Of a stretch of 5,303 nucleotides of DNA, positions 1 to 5,303 are shown in pieces. The notes below the pieces were generated by a model. That model made no database searches. It saw only the letters and a list, made by a program, of their open reading frames with translations, and was not told where the DNA came from. The DNA is from Octopus sinensis. Its lineage: Eukaryota. Each line of letters opens with the position of its first letter. Position 1 is the first letter of the stretch. Made by a program: the position numbers and the translations under genes. The stretch spans positions 1-5,303 of the forward strand of contig NW_021830087.1 of the NCBI RefSeq assembly GCF_006345805.1, given 5' to 3'.

Positions 1-10
1 AATAGAGATA

Positions 11-201
11 CGAGGTGGTACTTGAAAGTTCCTGGTTTTGGGTAAAAGAGAATGCAGGAGAATCAGTTAATTATGATTCACACACTTATTACAACGGTCC
101 TTCAGTTTTTCTGAGACCTGCAAAAGAACTCCAAAGGGTGGGCCTCCAACCAGGCCTTTCGTGATACCCTTAAAGCCGGGAGCTTTACAGCAACCCCCTC
201 G
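11..201 (-). mobile_element. Non-autonomous Tc1/mariner-type element (MITE), TA target-site duplication
   Basis: TA at 9-10 and 202-203. Left end CGAGGTGGTACTTGAAAGTTCCTGGTTTT (11-39) matches the reverse complement of 172-201, CGAGGGGGTTGCTGTAAAGCTCCCGGCTTT, at 22/30 with one gap. TA|CGAGG termini are typical of mariner. Orientation is taken from the internal transposase remnant. Confidence 0.85.
76..111 (-). pseudogene. Remnant of mariner transposase extreme C-terminus
   Basis: Minus strand translates as EKLKDRCNKCVN, resembling the mariner C-terminal motif KLxxRWxKCVxxxGxY. The GxY end is absent and the upstream EFF is out of frame. Confidence 0.6.
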
Positions 202-804
202 TAACAGAACAGTTTACAAAGATGAAAAGAATGAGTACAAAACACAAACAGTGACTACGAAAACTAATCCGAAAGCATCACGGCGAAATACGAACAGCTC
301 TGTAAACAACAAAACCAGACGCTTCTCTGCACCGGTACATTTTATGCTTTTGAAAGCATGCATAACATGGAATCTTTTGTAGCAGAGATTGAGAGGACGA
401 TACAAGCACTGGAGATGAGATACGACCACATCTTAGAAATATTTTATATTTGGATCCAATCATGTTGGCTCCCTATAAATACCACCACTGTCTTTACATC
501 CTATCACTTAATTTTATCCCAATTCATGCGATACACTTTTATGATATTTGTACTTGATTAATTGCGTTTTCACTGGAATCTACAGTTTATATGAGGATTA
601 AGAGATCTATTTTGAGATGGCATTACAGGAAATAAGTTATTTCCTGCGATGATAGCTAGCGGAAGCATTTACTTGTTAGCGCCATGGTTCATCCATCTTG
701 GTCATGCATCTGATGACTACTGCAGATAATATAGAGCTTTAAGTCATGTAAGGTTTTATATTGGACATCTATGTATAGATATTATATTACGCACATAATG
801 TACC

Positions 805-812
805 TATATATG

Positions 813-868
<56 letters not shown>

Positions 869-1315
869 ATATATATATAATATTAATTATATATATGTAT
901 GTGTGTATGTGCCTGTGTGTAGGTGCCTGTGTGTATATTTGTGTGCGGGTACTATATATGTGTATGTTGTGTGGTGTATATAATATATACATATATATAT
1001 ATATACAGGGACACACATATACATATATATATATATTATATATATATAATATATATATATTCTTGTATATATGTATGTATATGTATTTATGTATGTATAC
1101 ATACATACATATACATACATACATACGTACATACATGCATATACACACTCTCTCACACACACATATATATACAATATACATATAGACACTCAATGTGTGT
1201 ACATTATATGTATATAAATGTATACATGTGTATATGTATGTATGTATAAATAAATAAATAAAAAAAAATTATATAATATATACACACACATATACACACA
1301 CTTGTGCATGCATAT
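805..1315. repeat. Compound microsatellite (TA)n/(TG)n/(TATG)n/(TACA)n/(CA)n
   Basis: Pure (TA)19 at 819-856 followed by degenerate dinucleotide and tetranucleotide tracts. Confidence 0.97.
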
Positions 1316-1669
1316 AATTTCGAAAACAGTCTGCCAATTTTAAAAGTCATTTCGCACACTTTTTGCTAAATTGTTTACTATTAGATTAAATCGTTAATGC
1401 TGAGCCAACTCACATCCAAACTTTACATTCCCAATTGAACTTCAAAGTAATGAGAGCTTACTCGACTTCCACACCAGAAAAGTTTGTGTAAGCTTATTGT
1501 CGAATTAACGAAATAAGCCTGGCTCTCTTTCTCCAACTTCCCAAATGGGATTTATTCAATGGAATACGGTGTCAAGTCTGCAGCATTTAGATAAAATAAA
1601 TTTGCTAGACATGGACTTACAGCCGTATTTGCATACACGCACAGAAGCATAAACGCAAAATGTATAAGC

Positions 1670-2102
<433 letters not shown>

Positions 2103-2926
2103 TAAGCTGAAGGTGCATGGCTACACTAACATGATCTTAAAATTTTTTTCTTTCTTCTAATAAATTCGATATCAGTGACTGTATATTTGTATATGCATAC
2201 ATAACACACAAACTTACATGTGTGCACACAAACTTTTTACACCCGCTTGAGGGAATATATATACATATATATATATTTATATATATATATTGAAAACGGA
2301 ATAAGATTAATTCCTCTTTTGCTCTTCCCATTTAATCTTCTTGTTAAACATTCATAACCGAGAAACTATTTTATTTCTGTTATTTTTATTGCAAAAATCC
2401 AAAGAAAAGATATATATTCCAACATGATTAATTTGTATTTTATGGACTTAAAGCGTTCCATCTTCATAACCCGTCGACGCATTTCGATTTTCGCAACTCT
2501 TTCTCCAGAACACTTGCGGGAATCATATATAAAGGAATAAAAAAACTATTTCTATATCAATACTGTGTTTAGCTGCCAAAAAAAAAAAATGGAAGAAAAA
2601 ACAAAGAAAAAAAGCAAGCAATATGGAAGATTAGGAAGAAACTTAAGTTTTCTGTTGCTTGAAGTATATGAATCGTATAATCAAGATGACGGGAAAAACA
2701 GTTTCACCTTTGATCTGAATCAGGTTTTTCTTTTACTTTTGAAATGTTTATTGGTTTGTTAAGCACGAGGGATTTGCCGTTGGATGACGACGGGGCTAAT
2801 GCATGCACGACAGACAAATGTTCCCACATGGGTTGAATAGTAAAAAAAAAAGCAACACGAAGATTTTCCATTGAGGGGATAAGAAACTTCGTTTGATATA
2901 TATATATATATACATTTTTTTGTCTG

Positions 2927-2967
2927 TAGTTTCAGCTCAGAGCTGCGGCCATGCTGATGCACCGCCG
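2927..2967 (-). mobile_element. Short 5'-truncated 3' tail of a SINE or RTE-type LINE
   Basis: Minus strand reads GGCGGTGCATCAGCATGGCCGCAGCTCTGAGCTGAAACTA followed by an A-rich tail. It is a GC-rich island in AT-rich DNA and resembles the 3' end of abundant cephalopod SINE/RTE families as I recall them (not verified). Confidence 0.45.
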
Positions 2968-3099
2968 TTTAAAAAAAAAAGAAAAAATATATATGTATAA
3001 TACAAATAAGAAAATGGAGAAACAAATTTAGTTTGTTCAACTTAACTTTCACATATTATAATGTTGGATTATTTATTCATTTAACAAAATGAGAACATC

Positions 3100-3320
3100 A
3101 ATAGCATACATATGACCTCGTGTGTACCGTTGGCGATTTTTTTTCCTCCGTCTTCCCTTCTCTAGATATTTCCTTTTCCTTGTTTCTGACGAAGAGCTTC
3201 GCTCGAAACGTTGAACTCTCCTTCTTCCCTTCTTTCCTGAGCGTCCAATAACACTATATTTGTTCCACGTCCTTGCGTTGTTGTGTTTTCTCTTTGTGTT
3301 TTCATGTTTGGATTAACTAT
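3100..3320 (+). mobile_element. Penelope-like element terminal (pLTR) fragment carrying a hammerhead
   Basis: Pyrimidine-rich segment, then an intact minimal type I HHR, then a ~105-nt T-rich tail. Minimal HHRs with a palindromic stem III are an established hallmark of PLE pLTRs. The left boundary is approximate and no RT or GIY-YIG ORF is present. Confidence 0.65.
3182..3216 (+). ncRNA. Minimal type I hammerhead ribozyme (dimer-type stem III)
   Basis: Stem I GUUU 3182-3185 / GAAC 3213-3216; CUGACGA 3186-3192; extra A 3193; stem II GAGC 3194-3197 / GCUC 3201-3204 with UUC loop; GAAA 3205-3208; self-complementary ACGU 3208-3211; predicted cleavage after GUU at 3212. Confidence 0.8.
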
Positions 3321-3470
3321 CTTATAATTCAATACATATAAGATAAGAATACAAATTATAAAAGTCATAATATAAATTATTGAAATCATTAAAATCACTT
3401 CTTACAGCTGTTTCAGCCTACCGCTAAAAGTAGATAATTTTATTTTCATTGCCTATAAAATTATCTACAC
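3318..3470 (-). mobile_element. Second PLE-like terminus, tail-to-tail with the first, with a half-hammerhead
   Basis: Minus strand has GAAACAGCUGUA (3414-3403), the HHR 3' half with palindromic ACAGCUGU, followed by an ~80-nt T-rich tail converging on the first tail near 3320. There is a 14-bp hairpin at 3430-3468 and no CUGANGA upstream on this strand. Confidence 0.45.
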
Positions 3471-3479
3471 CTGTTGTAA

Positions 3480-3790
3480 ATGTTTTTTGTATTTGTAATT
3501 TTGTACCATTTCTCCGTTTTTTTCCCGTCCGTTTTTTCGTCCTTGTTTTCGTATACATTCGCTTGCTTTCTTCCAAGGAGCCTAATGCTCATAGCTTTGA
3601 TTTACTTTGGGTCGGCCAGATTGGAGCAGTCTCGAGTGTAACCGGATGAAACTGCTAAAATGATCTGGAACTCGACTGAGGATAAGAAGCTCCGAATGAC
3701 CCGACATTGTTTTTCCTGTCATTTTTTGTATCGTCTGTCCGGACGTTTTGTTGTCGCCTGTTACGTTCTTGTTTCATTTTTTGTTTTCTT
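3480..3790 (+). mobile_element. Probable third PLE-like terminal fragment ending in a microsatellite
   Basis: Same layout as 3100-3320: T-rich segment, GC-richer structured core with HHR boxes, T-rich tail running into (TACA)n/(TA)n. Boundaries are approximate. Confidence 0.45.
3625..3694 (+). ncRNA. Candidate strand-order-permuted (pseudoknotted) hammerhead-like RNA
   Basis: Stem III AGCAGU 3625-3630 / ACUGCU 3651-3656 with GAA at 3648-3650; GUC triplet 3629-3631; stem I UCGAGU 3632-3637 / ACUCGA 3670-3675 directly followed by CUGAGGA 3676-3682. Stem II is at best CGGA 3643-3646 / UCCG 3691-3694 and is out of canonical register. Confidence 0.4.
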
Positions 3791-3836
3791 TATACATACA
3801 TACATATACATACATACATACATACATACATACATA

Positions 3837-3902
<66 letters not shown>

Positions 3903-3908
3903 ATATAT

Positions 3909-3962
<54 letters not shown>

Positions 3963-3978
3963 TATATATATCTATATA
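3791..3978. repeat. Compound (TACA)n/(TA)n microsatellite
   Basis: TACA units from 3791 to about 3834, then interrupted TA tracts to about 3978. Confidence 0.97.
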
Positions 3979-4070
3979 CAGTAGAAACAATGGATATGGA
4001 AGATTATATCGAAACATTATTAAATAAAAATTCCAGTATACTCTATCTTCTAAATCCATTGGTTCTACTA
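3979..4070. mobile_element. 92-bp MITE-like inverted-repeat element, TA-flanked
   Basis: AGTAGAAACAATGGATATGGAAGAT (3980-4004) matches the reverse complement of 4045-4069, AGTAGAACCAATGGATTTAGAAGAT, at 22/25, with a 40-nt spacer. TA at 3977-3978 and 4071-4072. TA|CAGTAGAA resembles Tc1/pogo-type ends. Confidence 0.6.
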
Positions 4071-4233
4071 TACTCAACGTGTACTGAGGAATTCCTAATG
4101 TAGATCCAGCGACGACTGTGCAATTACTGTGGATGACGCCAAGTAGCCATAGGCAGTGAACGTGCTTTATCAGCATACCCCTAGGGACATACCCAACACG
4201 TAAATTTAGAATTTTAAGTTTAAACTTAAATTA

Positions 4234-4397
4234 CATACACACACACACACACACACAACACACACACACACACACTCACACACACACACAAATCTATCTA
4301 CCTACCTACTAACCTACCTACCTACCTACCTACCTACCTACCTACCTGCCTACCTACCTACCTACCTACCTACCTACCTACCTACCTACCTACCTAC

Positions 4398-4480
<83 letters not shown>
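4234..4480. repeat. Compound microsatellite (CA)n, (CCTA)~22, (TCTA)20
   Basis: CA tract about 4237-4290; CCTA 4313-4400 with one CCTG; perfect TCTA x20 at 4401-4480. Confidence 0.98.
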
Positions 4481-4481
<1 letters not shown>

Positions 4482-4557
4482 ACACGTACGTTGCTTTATG
4501 TCGAAAAAAGTGAGAAAAGAGCACCCAATACATTTTGAAGAGGATGGATGAAAACTG

Positions 4558-4769
4558 TATATATATAATTATGTGTGTGCGTGCGCGTGTGGCGTGTGCG
4601 TGCGTGGTAATATATATATTATTATAATATATATATAATATATATATTATATTATAATATATATAATATAATATATATACACACATATATATATATATAT
4701 ATATGTATGTACGTGTATATATATATATACACGTACATACATATATATATGTGTGTATATATATATATA
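4558..4769. repeat. Low-complexity (GT/GC)n and (TA)n tract containing a perfect 56-bp palindrome
   Basis: GTGC-type alternating tract 4573-4607, A/T-only tract 4608-4679, and perfect palindrome 4695-4750. Confidence 0.95.
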
Positions 4770-5253
4770 AACAAATGGCACCGGTTTAGAGTATGCCATT
4801 TATACACTTAAATATCACAAGAAAAAGGAAGGTGTGAAAAATATCTCTTACACCTGTTTCAAGAACAGATGTGCATATGATGCATTTCCGTGCAAACGAA
4901 GATAAACTATCCATATAGCTGCAGTCGATTCCATATTCGGAGAGAAAATGAGGTAGATCTTCAGTAGCAAAAATTTTAGTAGTGATCAGTTCCATCGTCG
5001 GAGAGTACTAAAATTCTCTACCTGAGATCTACCTAATTTTCTCTCCAAACATGAAATAGATTGCGACTATGTGGATCGCTTATCTCTGTTTGCGGGGAAA
5101 CGTACCCTATAGGCATCTATTCTTGAAACAGCTGTAGGAGACTGTCTGCACACTTTGCTCCCTTTTTCCTTGTGATCTAATTTACCGTAACAACTCAGCA
5201 ATTATGTTAGAGTATTTGAATGTCGTAATCTAAACCGATACCAGTCGTTCGTA
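4766..5253. mobile_element. ~490-bp imperfect fold-back (long inverted repeat) element
   Basis: 4844-4960 aligns ungapped to the reverse complement of 5025-5141 at 92/117 (79%, hand count). The inner stem continues to 4981/5006. Outer blocks also match (4813-4830 with about 5159-5176; 4766-4790 with 5229-5253). TA occurs at both ends. The inverted repeat is certain; the element class is not. Confidence 0.8.
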
Positions 5254-5303
5254 CACTTACTTTTATTCTGCTGTATACGTATCTGCTCAGTGACAGCCGC
5301 ACA

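Noticed and set aside
358-561. 67-aa ORF MHNMESFVAEIERTIQALEMRYDHILE
   Set aside because: No recognisable family and no convincing splice-site pair.
710-750. CUGAUGA box followed by GACT/AGTC pairing and CATGTA
   Set aside because: No GAAA and no stem I; at most a badly decayed hammerhead.
771-1249. Overlapping ORFs of 70-129 aa rich in I/Y/C/V/H/T
   Set aside because: Translations of dinucleotide and tetranucleotide microsatellites that lack stop codons; not genes.
1460-1580. Possible minus-strand exon (CTGCAG acceptor, GA|GTAAGC donor)
   Set aside because: All three frames hit stops within 8 codons and the polypyrimidine tract is weak; a non-coding exon cannot be excluded.
2105-2122. AGCTGAAGGTGCATGGCT resembling the 5' start of a tRNA-derived SINE
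   Set aside because: Only ~18 nt, with no intact A box or B box following.
2205-2235. Direct repeat CACACAAACTT x2
   Set aside because: Short and CA-rich; explained by local slippage.
2565-2762. 65-aa ORF and possible exon YESYNQDDGKNSFTFDLNQ
   Set aside because: Starts in poly-A, splice signals are weak and there is no recognisable homology.
4085-4100. CUGAGGA box
   Set aside because: No GAAA or matching stems nearby; chance 7-mer.
3660-4176. ORFs of 98-128 aa
   Set aside because: Their length comes from the 3791-3978 microsatellite, and the unique parts have no recognisable domain.
4786-4995. 69-aa minus-strand ORF MELITTKIF
   Set aside because: Lies within one arm of the fold-back, and the other arm has indels that break the frame.

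Overview
AT-rich, non-coding eukaryotic DNA with no credible protein-coding gene; the longer ORFs in the track are mostly microsatellite artefacts. About a third of the window is compound microsatellite ((TA)n, (TCTA)n, (CCTA)n, (TACA)n, (CA)n). The rest holds short, decayed mobile-element pieces: a 191-bp mariner-type MITE with a transposase C-terminal remnant, a short SINE/LINE-like tail, a 92-bp TA-flanked MITE and a ~490-bp imperfect fold-back. At 3100-3790 there is a cluster of Penelope-like element (PLE) termini carrying hammerhead ribozyme (HHR) motifs. The cluster has one complete minimal type I HHR (3182-3216), an antisense half-HHR (3398-3430), and, most unusually, an HHR core whose three strands are in register but occur in a non-standard, pseudoknotted order (3625-3694). 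The repeat content resembles octopus/coleoid cephalopod genomes, but that is my recollection and not a database result.
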